This document shows positions 1 through 8,974 of a stretch of DNA of 64,000 bases, piece by piece; within the stretch, counting starts at the first letter, position 1; every line of letters starts with the position of its first letter. The stretch spans positions 5,873 through 69,872 of the forward strand of contig CAWCLA010000004.1 of the NCBI GenBank assembly GCA_963796265.1. Direction: 5' to 3'. The notes below the pieces were generated by a model. It did no database searches and had not been told where the DNA came from. It saw only the letters and a list, made by a program, of their open reading frames with translations. A program made the position numbers and the translations under genes. Source of the DNA: an uncultured Actinomycetes bacterium (GTDB lineage Bacteria; Actinomycetota; Thermoleophilia; Gaiellales; Gaiellaceae).

Positions 1-338
1 AGGAACGGCGCGCGACGACGGAGGCCCTCTTCCGGAACGTCAACGAACGAATAGCCGAGAGCGCCGAGCAGTTCGAGGCGGGCCACACCGAGTTCGTCTG
101 TGAATGCTCCGATCCCAGCTGTACGCACCGCGTCGCGGCGAGCCTCGTGGAGTACGAGGAGGTGCGCGACGAGCCGACGACGTTTCTCGTCGTCCCGGGG
201 CACGAGCAGCGCGACATCGAGCGCGTGGTCTCGGACGTGGGCCGCTTCCGCATCGTGGAAAAGGTGCAGGCCGCCGTGCGCCGGACGGTCGTGCGACTCG
301 ATCCGCGGAGGCGGGGACCGGCGCCCAGCCGGCCGTAG
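1..338 (+). CDS. Conserved hypothetical protein, 5'-truncated by the window edge (reading frame 3). It contains a CxCxxxxC cluster (FVCECSDPSCTH).
   Basis: The frame of ORF 147..338 stays open back to base 3. High GC3 and a non-Arg-rich composition (..ALFRNVNERIAESAEQFEAGHTEFVCECSDPSCTHRVAASLVEYEEV..). TAG stop at 336-338. Confidence 0.45.
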   Translation, partial: ERRATTEALFRNVNERIAESAEQFEAGHTEFVCECSDPSCTHRVAASLVEYEEVRDEPTTFLVVPGHEQRDIERVVSDVGRFRIVEKVQAAVRRTVVRLDPRRRGPAPSRP

Positions 339-346
339 GGAGCCGG

Positions 347-1933
347 CTACCCGGCGACCGGGCCGAGCTCGAGCACGCGCGCGTCGTCGAAACCTTCGCC
401 GCGCAGCCGGTCGACGAGCTCCCCGGGCGGCGCGGAGTCGACGGTGAGCGCCATGAGCGCCTTGCCGCCGCGACGGCTACGCGACACGGTCATGGCGGCG
501 ATGTTGATGCCGGCCTCGCCGAACATCGTCCCCACGCGGCCGATCACGCCGGGCACGTCGTCGTAGCGGCAGAGGACGAACAGCGGGGCGAGCTCGAGCT
601 CGATGTCGAAGCCGAGGATGTTCACGATCCAGGGCCGGTCGTCGCTCCCGATCGTCGTGCCGGCGACGAGGACGAGCGAGTCGCCGCTCCGCAGCTCGAC
701 GCGGACGAGGTTCGTGTAGTCGCGGGCCGTCCGCGACCGCTCTTCTCGCACCTCGATCCCGCGCTCGGCGGCGATGAGCGGCGCGTTGACGTAGTTCACG
801 GGGCGGTCGGCGCGGCCCTGGAAGGCGCCGTTGAGCGCCGCGACGGTGAGCAGGCGTGTGTCGTACTCCGCGAGACCGCCGTCCGCCGCGATCACGATCT
901 CCTCGGCGACGCCGTCCGAGAGCTCCATCGCGATGCGCCCGAGCCGGGCCGCGAGCGGGACGTACGGCCCGAGGACCTCGAGGTCGTCGGCGCCGATCAC
1001 CGGGATGTTGACGGCGTTCGCGACGAGGCCGCCCTCGAGCGCCGCGGCGACCTGCTCCGCGACGATGACGCCCGCCCGGTCCTGCGCCTCTCCGGTCGAG
1101 GCCGCGAGGTGCGGCGTGACGACGACGTTGTCGAGCTCGAGCAGCGGCCCGGAGTACGGCTCGCTCTCGAAGACGTCGAGCGCCGCGCCCGCCACCCGCC
1201 CCGAGCGAAGCGCTTCGAGCAGCGCCTCCTCGTCGACGAGGGGCCCACGGGCGGCGTTGACGATTCGCACGCCAGGCCGCATCGCCGCGAACGCTGCGGC
1301 GCCGAGCGAGCCGCGCGTCTCCGCCGTGAGCGGCTGATGGAGGGTGACGAAGTCGGCTGCCGCGTAGAGATCCTCCGGCGTCTCGGCGCGGTCGGCGCCG
1401 AGCTCGCGGAAGCGCTCGGCGGCGACGTACGGGTCGTAGGCGACGACACGCATCCCGAGCCCGAGCGCGCGCCGGCCGACCTGCTGCCCGATCCGGCCGA
1501 AGCCGAGCACGCCGAGCGTCTTGCCGGCAAGCTCGATCCCGCCGTAAGCACTCCGCTCCCAGCGACCCTGCTTGAGCGCGGCATGCGCCTGCGGGATGTT
1601 GCGGGCGAGCGCCACGAGGAGGCCGATCGTGTGCTCCGCGGCGGAGACGACCGTGGACTCCGGCGCGTTCGCGACGATGATCCCGCGCCGGGTCGCCGCG
1701 TCGACGTCGACGTTGTCGACTCCGACGCCGGCCCGCCCGATCACCTTCAGCCGCGCGGCGCGCTCGATGAGGTCCGCGGTGAGCTTCGTCGCCGAGCGGA
1801 TGACGATCGCGTCGTAGCCGCCGATGATCTCCTCGAGCGGGCTCTCCGGGTCGACGTCCACGTCGAACCGGGAGCGAAGGAGGTCGACGCCGGCCTCCGA
1901 GATCTCTTCGCGAACGAGTACGCGCAGGGTCAC
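347..1933 (-). CDS. serA: D-3-phosphoglycerate dehydrogenase, long form with a C-terminal ACT domain
   Basis: The C-terminal 528 aa of ORF 347..2560 show the 2-hydroxyacid dehydrogenase fold, with the NAD motif GVLGFGRIGQQVG and an ACT-like tail. The GTG start at 1933 overlaps the upstream stop (GTGA). Confidence 0.93.
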   Translation of the reverse strand: MTLRVLVREEISEAGVDLLRSRFDVDVDPESPLEEIIGGYDAIVIRSATKLTADLIERAARLKVIGRAGVGVDNVDVDAATRRGIIVANAPESTVVSAAEHTIGLLVALARNIPQAHAALKQGRWERSAYGGIELAGKTLGVLGFGRIGQQVGRRALGLGMRVVAYDPYVAAERFRELGADRAETPEDLYAAADFVTLHQPLTAETRGSLGAAAFAAMRPGVRIVNAARGPLVDEEALLEALRSGRVAGAALDVFESEPYSGPLLELDNVVVTPHLAASTGEAQDRAGVIVAEQVAAALEGGLVANAVNIPVIGADDLEVLGPYVPLAARLGRIAMELSDGVAEEIVIAADGGLAEYDTRLLTVAALNGAFQGRADRPVNYVNAPLIAAERGIEVREERSRTARDYTNLVRVELRSGDSLVLVAGTTIGSDDRPWIVNILGFDIELELAPLFVLCRYDDVPGVIGRVGTMFGEAGINIAAMTVSRSRRGGKALMALTVDSAPPGELVDRLRGEGFDDARVLELGPVAG

Positions 1934-3075
1934 GTGTGGGAAGGCTCGGCGCTGAAGCCCTCGAGCGCCGCCGTCACCGCGGCGCCGCGCTCGATGTCGG
2001 CGCCGAGATCGGCGAGGACGAGCTCCACCGCGGCGATCTGCGTCGTGATGTCGAAGACGTCGAACCAGCCGATGTGCCCGAGGCGGAAGATCTTCCCCTT
2101 CAGCTCGCCCTGGCCGTTGGCGATCGTGATCCCGAAGCGGTCGCGGACACCGCGGATGACGTCGCCGGAGTCGACTCCGGCGGGGGCGCGGACGGCGGTG
2201 ACGACGGCGCTCCGGTCCTCGTCCGGGGAGAAGAGCTCGAGCCCGAGCGCCTTCACGCCCGCGCGCGCCGCCCGGCCGAGCCGGACGTGACGCTCGAACG
2301 AGGCTTCCAGCCCCTCGTCGAGCAAGAGCTCGAGGGCGACGTCGAGCCCGGCGACGAGCGAGACGGGGAGCGTGACGGGAGCGTCGAGCTTCTGCTGCCC
2401 CGTCCGCGTCCGCTCCCAGTCGAAGTAGAAGCGCGGCGAGGAGCCGGTCGCGGCCAGCGCAGCTTCGGAGACGGCGGCGAGGCCGAGCCCGGGCGGCGTC
2501 ATGAGCGCCTTCTGCGAGCCCGAGACGACGACGTCGAGCCCCCAGGCATCGGTCTCGCACGGGACGGCGCCGAGGCTCGAGACCGCGTCGACGACGACAA
2601 GCGCTCCGGCCTCACGCGCCGCCGCCGCGAGGGCGCGGACGTCGGCGATGACGCCGGTCGAGGTCTCGGACTGGACGAGCCAGACCGCCTTCGGCACGCG
2701 CTCGCCGAGGCGGGCCCTGAGGTCGTCGGGATCGGGCATCTCGCCCCACGCGTAACGGAGCACCTCCACGTCCGCGCCGTACGCCGTCGTCATTGCCACC
2801 CAGCGCTCGCCGAAGCTCCCTGCCGAGATCACGAGATGCGGCTCGCCGGGCGAGACGAGGTTCGCGACGGCCGACTCGAACGCGCCGGTGCCGGACGCCC
2901 CGAAGAGGAGGACGTCGTTCTCCGTGCGGCACACCTCGCGCAGGCGGGTGAGGACGCGCTCGTAGACGGGCAGGAACTCCGGGCTGCGATGGTGGACGAC
3001 CGGCGCCCCGACGGCGGCGAGAACCTCGGGCGGCACGGGGGTCGGTCCGGGCGTGAAGAGGTACCGCTTGCCCAC
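1930..3075 (-). CDS. Class V pyridoxal-phosphate aminotransferase (serine-glyoxylate or phosphoserine aminotransferase type)
   Basis: 381-aa ORF with FTPGPTPVP at the N-terminus and SGSQKAL (PLP lysine). It is translationally coupled to serA, which supports a role in serine biosynthesis. Confidence 0.85.
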   Translation of the reverse strand: MGKRYLFTPGPTPVPPEVLAAVGAPVVHHRSPEFLPVYERVLTRLREVCRTENDVLLFGASGTGAFESAVANLVSPGEPHLVISAGSFGERWVAMTTAYGADVEVLRYAWGEMPDPDDLRARLGERVPKAVWLVQSETSTGVIADVRALAAAAREAGALVVVDAVSSLGAVPCETDAWGLDVVVSGSQKALMTPPGLGLAAVSEAALAATGSSPRFYFDWERTRTGQQKLDAPVTLPVSLVAGLDVALELLLDEGLEASFERHVRLGRAARAGVKALGLELFSPDEDRSAVVTAVRAPAGVDSGDVIRGVRDRFGITIANGQGELKGKIFRLGHIGWFDVFDITTQIAAVELVLADLGADIERGAAVTAALEGFSAEPSHT

Positions 3076-3170
3076 GCCACGAGCCTAGAGGAAGCCCCGC
3101 CGACGCCGCTTCGGCAGCGCCTCCTCAACCTGGCGACTCGGGCCGAAAGGGCGCGGTCTACGCTGCACGC

Positions 3171-3824
3171 GTGGACGCGCTCGTCGCCTTCGCAGCCTCA
3201 TTGCTGGCGCTGCGCCTCGCGGGCCTCCTTGCGGCGCGCTACCGCGCGAGTCGGAGACCCGAGCTGCTCGCCTGGTCGGGCGGGCTCGCCGCCTACGCGG
3301 TGGCCGCGGCGGCGATCGCCTGGGGCGAGGCCGCCGGCTGGGACGGCCGCGCGTTCCGCGTCTACTACGCCGCGGGAGCCCTCCTGACGGCGCCGCTGCT
3401 CGGAGCGGGATCGCTCCTTCTCGCCGGTCGCCGCCGCGCCGCGCCGGCGGCACTCGTCTACGTCGGCCTCGCCGTCGGCATCTCGCTCGCCGTGCCTCTG
3501 CACGGCGCCTTCGCAGCGCACGGGATCCCAGCCGCGCAGGATCACCTGACCTTCCTCCCCGCGCGGCTCCTCGCGATCCTCGCAAACGCGCTCGGAACGC
3601 TTGCCGTCGTGGCGGTCGCGCTGCGCTCCTTCCGGCGTCGCCCACTCGGGAACGGGCTCATCGTCGCCGGGATCGCGGCGGCCGCGACGGGCAGCGGCCT
3701 CGCGGGCCTCGGAGCTGCCGGGAGTGCCGTGGGGATCGCGGCCGGCGCGGCGCTGCTTTACGCAGGATTCGTAGCCCCGACACACATTCCGCGGCTTTTT
3801 CCGCGCAAAATGGCCCCTCACTGA
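3171..3824 (+). CDS. Polytopic integral membrane protein, function unknown
   Basis: 217-aa ORF made of successive Ala/Leu/Gly-rich hydrophobic segments. High GC3. Confidence 0.55.
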   Translation: MDALVAFAASLLALRLAGLLAARYRASRRPELLAWSGGLAAYAVAAAAIAWGEAAGWDGRAFRVYYAAGALLTAPLLGAGSLLLAGRRRAAPAALVYVGLAVGISLAVPLHGAFAAHGIPAAQDHLTFLPARLLAILANALGTLAVVAVALRSFRRRPLGNGLIVAGIAAAATGSGLAGLGAAGSAVGIAAGAALLYAGFVAPTHIPRLFPRKMAPH

Positions 3825-3975
3825 GTCACAAGCGTTGCCTCCCCGATACACAAACGTGGCGTCTGTCGCTACCCTGGCGCGACCGATCGCATAAGCCGCG
3901 CCGAGCGGTGCTTGCCCAAGGGCATGTTCGCGCCCGCTCGGCCTCCGACTTGCAATCGACCTGGGGAGGTACGAC

Positions 3976-4590
3976 TTGCGGCGCTTCATCCTGGCCTGCG
4001 GGCTCCTGCTCGCGTTCGCAGGCATGGCCACCGCGGCGGCAGCCGCCGTAGGGGCCCGAAACACGAACGGAACTCCGGCCTCGAGCTCGAGCACGGTCGC
4101 GGCGACGACGGGCTCCGAGGACACGACCCGCTCGCACTCCGAGCTGCGCGCGGCGCGGTACTGGAGCCGCCACGTCCGGCGCTTTCGCGCGGGCACCCGC
4201 CGCTGGCTGACCGTCATCCGAGGACGGCCGCCGCGGAACACATCGCGCCGGCTCAGCGGACGATCGCCGGCCCGGCTGCGCAAGCTGGCGAATGCGTGGC
4301 GCCACCGCGAGCACGCGGCCTGGCGGCGGGCGAACCATCCGCCCGACTTCGGCGGCTGGCTCTGCATCCACCACTACGAGGGAAGCTGGACGGACTCCGG
4401 CGGCCCGTACTGGGGCGGGCTGCAGATGGATCTCTCCTTCCAGGCGAGGTACGGGGCCTGGCTGCTCCGGCACAAGGGAACTGCAGATCGCTGGAGCCCG
4501 CTCGAGCAGATCTGGACGGCCGTTCGCGCGTCACGCGTGCGCGGCTTCTCACCGTGGCCGAACACGGCCCGGTATTGCGGCCTGGCGTAA
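3976..4590 (+). CDS. Secreted transglycosylase-like (Rpf-type) domain protein
   Basis: TTG start 6 nt after the SD GGGGAGG. Signal peptide MRRFILACGLLLAFAGMATAAAAA. C-terminal WLCIHHYEGSW..GGPYWGGLQM..SPWPNTARYCG resembles the Rpf/transglycosylase-like domain, including the catalytic Glu. Confidence 0.65.
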   Translation: MRRFILACGLLLAFAGMATAAAAAVGARNTNGTPASSSSTVAATTGSEDTTRSHSELRAARYWSRHVRRFRAGTRRWLTVIRGRPPRNTSRRLSGRSPARLRKLANAWRHREHAAWRRANHPPDFGGWLCIHHYEGSWTDSGGPYWGGLQMDLSFQARYGAWLLRHKGTADRWSPLEQIWTAVRASRVRGFSPWPNTARYCGLA

Positions 4591-4618
4591 GGCCCCAACG
4601 CACCTCCTGACCGCCCGA

Positions 4619-4641
4619 GACGGCCCGCGAAGCGGGCCGTC
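4619..4641 (+). terminator. GC-rich hairpin downstream of the Rpf-like gene
   Basis: GACGGCCCGC-GAA-GCGGGCCGTC, a perfect 10-bp stem. There is no clear T tract. Confidence 0.5.
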
Positions 4642-4663
4642 GTCAGGCTGCCGTCATCGTGGC

Positions 4664-4699
4664 TTGACAGTGACATCATTGTGATGTCATACTGCAGCC
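4664..4699 (+). promoter_or_regulatory. Candidate promoter with an embedded palindromic operator, feeding a leaderless ATG
   Basis: TTGACA at 4664-4669, an 18-nt spacer, CATACT at 4688-4693, then the ATG at 4700, 6 nt later. Perfect palindrome TGACATCA-TTG-TGATGTCA at 4671-4689. Confidence 0.5.
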
Positions 4700-5155
4700 A
4701 TGCAGATCGACGGTCATATCCAGGCGCTCCGGGAGGACCTCCTCCGCGTCGCGTCCCTCGGCGACGAGACGACGTCCCGCGCGGCACAGCTCCTCTCGGT
4801 CGCCATCGAGGCGTCGCTCGGGCGGCGCCTTCAGGACGTCCTCGCCGAGGCCGCGCTCGAGCTCAACGCCCAGCTCGACGCGGCGCACGTCGAGGTCCGC
4901 ATCGCCGGCCGGGACCCCGAGCTCGTGCTCGTCCGCGAGGACGGCACCGTCCCCGAGCCGGCCGACGAGGCCTTCTCGGCCCGGATCACGCTGAGGCTCC
5001 CCGAGAGCCTCAAACAGCGGGTCGAGTCCGCCGCCGCGCGCGAGGGCGCATCCGTCAACACGTGGCTCGTCCAGGCGCTCCAGCGCGCGGTCGAGCCGCG
5101 CCGATCCACGTCCGCCGGAAGCCGCAACCGCCTCACGGGCTACGGCCGCAGTTGA
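4700..5155 (+). CDS. Ribbon-helix-helix (HicB/Arc-like) DNA-binding protein
   Basis: The C-terminal ARITLRLPESLKQRVESAAAREGASVNTWLVQAL is a typical RHH motif. The gene sits directly upstream of a DUF4097 gene, as in many actinobacterial loci. Confidence 0.7.
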   Translation: MQIDGHIQALREDLLRVASLGDETTSRAAQLLSVAIEASLGRRLQDVLAEAALELNAQLDAAHVEVRIAGRDPELVLVREDGTVPEPADEAFSARITLRLPESLKQRVESAAAREGASVNTWLVQALQRAVEPRRSTSAGSRNRLTGYGRS

Positions 5156-5166
5156 AAGGAGAAGGC

Positions 5167-5295
5167 ATGTTCCCCGACCAGCATCTCCCGTATGACAAGC
5201 CGGAGCGCTTCGTCCGCCCCGACCGGCGCCCGCTCCCACGCGCCAGCGAAATCCGCCTCCGCGTCAAGCGCATCGTGAGCTCCCGGGAGGCCTGA
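5167..5295 (+). CDS. Possible 42-aa small protein (MFPDQHLPYDKPERFVRPDRRPLPRASEIRLRVKRIVSSREA)
   Basis: ATG preceded by GAAAGGAGAAGG. The stop lies 2 nt before the next ATG. It fills the whole RHH-DUF4097 gap and is below the ORF-track cutoff. Confidence 0.35.
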   Translation: MFPDQHLPYDKPERFVRPDRRPLPRASEIRLRVKRIVSSREA

Positions 5296-5297
5296 AG

Positions 5298-6062
5298 ATG
5301 ATCGAGCACGACTTCCACACTCCTCTTCCGCTCACGCTCGAGGTCTCCATCCCGAGTGGCAACATCGAGGTCGAGACCGCCGACACCCAGGAGACCGCGC
5401 TGACCGTCGACGGAGACGAGCGCCTGCTCGAGCTCGTCGAGGTCCGCCAGGACGGCAACCGGGTGCTCGTGACCGTGCGCGGGAAGTCGAAGATCGGATT
5501 CGGCCTCTCGCTCGGCTCGTTCGTCTTCGGGAACAACGGCCTCCGCGTGCAGGCCCGCGTACCGCACGGCGCCGGGGTGAAGGTCAAGACCGCGTCTGCC
5601 GATACCGAGGTCTCCGGGCAGCTGGCCGCGCTCGACGTGAACTCCGTCTCCGGAGACGTCCGCGCCCGAGGCGACGTCGCCGGGGATGCGACGGTCAAGA
5701 CCGTCAGCGGCGACGTCGACCTCGAGCGGGTGGACGGCGACCTCTCGGCACAGACCGTCTCGGGCGACCTCCGGGCTCGCGCCGTCGCGGGCTCGGCCGA
5801 GGTCAAGTCGGTGTCGGGCGACATTCGCCTCGAGGCACTCAAGGCCGGGGACGCCCGCTTCTCGAGCGTGTCCGGCGACGTCGAGATCGGCATCGTCCAG
5901 GGATCGCACCTCGACGTCGACGCCGGCTCGACCTCCGGCGACCTCACCTCCGAGGTTCCGCTCGGGAGCGAACAGCCGCCGGGTGAGGACGGGGCCGCGC
6001 CGACGGTCGTCGTCAGGGGCCGCACGGTGAGCGGCGACGTCCGCGTCTTCCGGGCCGCGTAG
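5298..6062 (+). CDS. DUF4097-type beta-helical (putative adhesin-like) protein
   Basis: Repeated (V/T)SGD(V/I/L) units spaced roughly 17-20 aa apart through the C-terminal two thirds. Confidence 0.8.
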   Translation: MIEHDFHTPLPLTLEVSIPSGNIEVETADTQETALTVDGDERLLELVEVRQDGNRVLVTVRGKSKIGFGLSLGSFVFGNNGLRVQARVPHGAGVKVKTASADTEVSGQLAALDVNSVSGDVRARGDVAGDATVKTVSGDVDLERVDGDLSAQTVSGDLRARAVAGSAEVKSVSGDIRLEALKAGDARFSSVSGDVEIGIVQGSHLDVDAGSTSGDLTSEVPLGSEQPPGEDGAAPTVVVRGRTVSGDVRVFRAA

Positions 6063-6070
6063 GGACGGAC

Positions 6071-7279
6071 GTGCGCAAGCTCCTCGCATATCGCGACGCC
6101 CGCCTGCTCGTCGGGGGCCAGACCCTGTCCGCGTTCGGCGACTGGGCGATGTTCATCGTGATGGCCATCTGGATGAAGACGCTGACCGGCTCGAGCGCCC
6201 GGGCGGGGCTCGTCTTCTTCGTGCTCGCGCTCGGCAACCTCGCCGGCCCGCTCGGCGGCCTCGTCGCCGACCGCTTCCGGCGGCGGCCCCTGATGATCGC
6301 GTGCGACTGCGTGCTCGGGGCGTCGGTGCTCCTGCTCCTGCTCGTGCACGACCGCGGCGACGCCTGGCTCATCTACCTCGCCGCGCTCCTGTACGGCACC
6401 GTCGGCTCGGTCTTCTACCCCGCCCAGTCGGCTCTGCTGCGGGTGATGCTGCCCGAGGAGCTGCTCGCCGACGCGAACGGAGCGCTCTCGTCGATGCGGC
6501 AGGGGCTGCGGATCGTCGCGCCCCTGGCCGGCGCCGGCCTTTACGCCGCCTTCGGCGGCGGCGTCGTGGCGGTCGTCGACGCGGCGACGTTCGGCAGCTC
6601 GGCGCTGCTGATGTCGCGGATGCGGGTGGTGGAGACGAAGCCGGAGCCGTCGGAGCACCGCTTCCTGCGCGAGGTGACGGCGGGGATCGAGCACGTCTGG
6701 CACACGTTGCCGCTGCGCCAGATGACTCTTGGAGCGACCGTCGCGCTCCTCGTCATCGGCTTCGCCGAGACGCTGATCTTCACCGTCATCCAGCACCTCG
6801 GCAGGCCGCCGTCGTTCTTCGGCGTGCTCGGGACGCTCCAGGGCGTCGGCGCGATCGCCGGCGGCGTCACAGCGGCCTCCCTCATCCGCCGGATCGGCGA
6901 GATGCGCAGCGTCGGGATGGGCCTCGGGCTCTTCGGCGTCGGCGACCTCCTGCTCGTCTTCCCCTCCCTGGCCGTCGTGCTCATGGGCTTCGTGCTCGCC
7001 GGTGTCGGTATCACCTGGGCGATCGTGGGCTTCACGACCGCCCTCCAGACGCGGACGCCGCTCGCGATCCAGGGCCGTGTCTCGGCTGCCGCCGACATCT
7101 CGCTCTCGACCGCGCAAACCGTCTCGATCGCAACCGGCGCGGCGCTCTCCACGGTCGTCGACTACCGGATCCTGCTCGTCGTGATGGCCGTCGTCGTCGT
7201 CGCGAGCGCGGCCTATCTGACGACGCGAGACGAAGCCCCGGCCGCGGCAGCGGAGACCCCTGCGACCATGGAGGCGTGA
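6071..7279 (+). CDS. MFS transporter
   Basis: 402 aa with about 12 hydrophobic segments. The N-terminus YRDARLLVGGQTLSAFGDW and DRFRRRP loop are typical of the MFS_3/EntS-like group. Confidence 0.8.
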   Translation: MRKLLAYRDARLLVGGQTLSAFGDWAMFIVMAIWMKTLTGSSARAGLVFFVLALGNLAGPLGGLVADRFRRRPLMIACDCVLGASVLLLLLVHDRGDAWLIYLAALLYGTVGSVFYPAQSALLRVMLPEELLADANGALSSMRQGLRIVAPLAGAGLYAAFGGGVVAVVDAATFGSSALLMSRMRVVETKPEPSEHRFLREVTAGIEHVWHTLPLRQMTLGATVALLVIGFAETLIFTVIQHLGRPPSFFGVLGTLQGVGAIAGGVTAASLIRRIGEMRSVGMGLGLFGVGDLLLVFPSLAVVLMGFVLAGVGITWAIVGFTTALQTRTPLAIQGRVSAAADISLSTAQTVSIATGAALSTVVDYRILLVVMAVVVVASAAYLTTRDEAPAAAAETPATMEA

Positions 7280-7329
7280 CCGAGCGCCTTCCGCCGCGGT
7301 GCCCGCCTAGCCGGCACCGCTGTCGCAAC

Positions 7330-8727
7330 TCAGCCTCGAAGCTTCTCCCGTAGCAGCTGATTGACGACCTTCGGGTCGGCCTTGCCCTGGGTCTCGCGCA
7401 TCACCTGGCCGACGAAGAAGCCGAGCACGCCCTCCTTGCCGCCGCGGTAGGTCTCGACCTGCTCCGGGTGTGCCGCGAGGACGGCGTCGATCACGGGACC
7501 GAGGGCGTCCTCGTCGCCGAGTGCCGTCTGCGAGAGATAGTCGTCCGCCTCGATCGTGCGGTCGACCGCGGCGGCGAACGCCTCGTCGAGCGCCTCGCGC
7601 GTCACGTTCGCCCGCAGGATCCGGGCGAGCGCTGGGGCATTCTCGGGCCGGAACGCGCCGCGGTTCATCGCGACCGCAGCCGCCGCCTTCCAGTCGACCC
7701 CCTCGGCCGCGAGCGCTTCGGCCCTCCACTCGTTGCCGGTCGTGACGAGCTCGGCGGCCAGTGCGAAGCCCAGCTCCTGCGCGAGCCGCCGGATCCGGTC
7801 GCCCGGACGGTCGGGCACCTCGCCGCGCAGGCGCTCGACGAGCTCGGTCGGCGGCTCGACGGGGACGAGGTCGGGCTCGGGGAAGTAGCGGTAGTCGTCC
7901 GCCTCCTCCTTCGAGCGGTGCACGGTGAGCCGGTCGGTGTCGGCGTCGTAGTCGTAGGTCGACTGCACGACCTCCTCCCCCGCCTCGTGCGCCTCGACCT
8001 GCTGCCGGAACGCGGCCTCGATAGCCCGGCCGACGTAGGTGAAGGAGTTCATGTTCTTGATCTCCCAGCGCGGCCGGTACCCGTCCTCGCCGGCACGGCG
8101 TACCGAGACGTTGACGTCGGCGCGCAACGTGCCCTTCTCCATCTCCGCGTCGGAGATCCCCAGCTCGACGATCGTCTGCCGGAGCAGGCGGAGGAACCAC
8201 ATCGCCTCGTCGGCCGAGCGAAGGTCGGGAGCGCCGACGATCTCGAGCAGCGGCGTGCCGCCGCGGTTGAAGTCGACGAGGCTGTACTCGGCGCCGACCG
8301 AGCGACCGGTAGCGCCGCCCGCGTGGACGGTCTTCGCCGCGTCCTCCTCGAGGTGCGCACGGACGATTCCGATCTCGCGCTCTCCGTCGGCGGCCGGCAG
8401 GAGGAACCGGCCGGGGCCGCAGAGGGGAGCCTCGTACTGGCTGATCTGGTAGCCCTTCGGCAGGTCCGGATAGAAGTAGTTCTTGCGCGCGAAGACGGCG
8501 TTCTGGGCGATCTCGCAGTCGAGCGCGAGGCCGAGCAGGATCGTCATCTCGATCGCACGGGCGTTCGGGACGGGCAGAGCGCCCGGATGCGCGAGACAGA
8601 CCGGGCAGGTGTGCGTGTTCTCGGCGGCGCCGTACTCGAGCTCGCAGCGGCAGAACATCTTCGTCCGCGTCTTGAGGTGCGCGTGCACCTCGAGGCCGAC
8701 GACCGTCTCCCACTCACTCACCGCCAT
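7330..8727 (-). CDS. gatB: Asp-tRNA(Asn)/Glu-tRNA(Gln) amidotransferase subunit B
   Basis: VVGLEVHAHLKTRTKMFCRC..CPVCLAHPGALPV..YFYPDLPKGYQISQ, with a C-terminal GatB/YqeY tail. Confidence 0.95.
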   Translation of the reverse strand: MAVSEWETVVGLEVHAHLKTRTKMFCRCELEYGAAENTHTCPVCLAHPGALPVPNARAIEMTILLGLALDCEIAQNAVFARKNYFYPDLPKGYQISQYEAPLCGPGRFLLPAADGEREIGIVRAHLEEDAAKTVHAGGATGRSVGAEYSLVDFNRGGTPLLEIVGAPDLRSADEAMWFLRLLRQTIVELGISDAEMEKGTLRADVNVSVRRAGEDGYRPRWEIKNMNSFTYVGRAIEAAFRQQVEAHEAGEEVVQSTYDYDADTDRLTVHRSKEEADDYRYFPEPDLVPVEPPTELVERLRGEVPDRPGDRIRRLAQELGFALAAELVTTGNEWRAEALAAEGVDWKAAAAVAMNRGAFRPENAPALARILRANVTREALDEAFAAAVDRTIEADDYLSQTALGDEDALGPVIDAVLAAHPEQVETYRGGKEGVLGFFVGQVMRETQGKADPKVVNQLLREKLRG

Positions 8728-8974
8728 GAAGTTGCTCCTTGGCTTCGAGCAGCGCCGCCTCGACGTCCTCGCGCACCTCGACCATGCCGAGCCGATGCTC
8801 GAGCGGGCCGTGCGTCTCGATCAGCCACAGCTCGCGCTCGCCGGCCTCGAGCTGGAGCTTCACGTCGCCGACGAGGAGGGCGCGCGAGCCGTCGAGCACG
8901 CGGGGATGCTCCCCGAAGACGCGCTCGGTCGCGAGCACGAACTCCGCCGCCGGATCCTCGAAGCGGTAGGTCAC
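8714..8974 (-). CDS. 86-aa hypothetical protein embedded between gatA and gatB
   Basis: The GTG start overlaps the gatA stop (GTGA) and the stop lies 14 nt inside gatB. About 9 of 10 third codon positions are G/C. The composition is acidic and normal ([29 protein letters not shown]..), unlike off-frame artefacts. Confidence 0.5.
   Translation of the reverse strand: MTYRFEDPAAEFVLATERVFGEHPRVLDGSRALLVGDVKLQLEAGERELWLIETHGPLEHRLGMVEVREDVEAALLEAKEQLHGGE

Noticed and set aside
3825-3975. A ydaO-class c-di-AMP riboswitch upstream of the Rpf-like gene.
   Set aside because: The characteristic strings I remember for this class (GGGGUGAAUC-like and CCGA..CAGCU.ACC..CGUAAGCG-like blocks) are not present. 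Only a generic hairpin is visible. I kept it as a low-interest structured leader.
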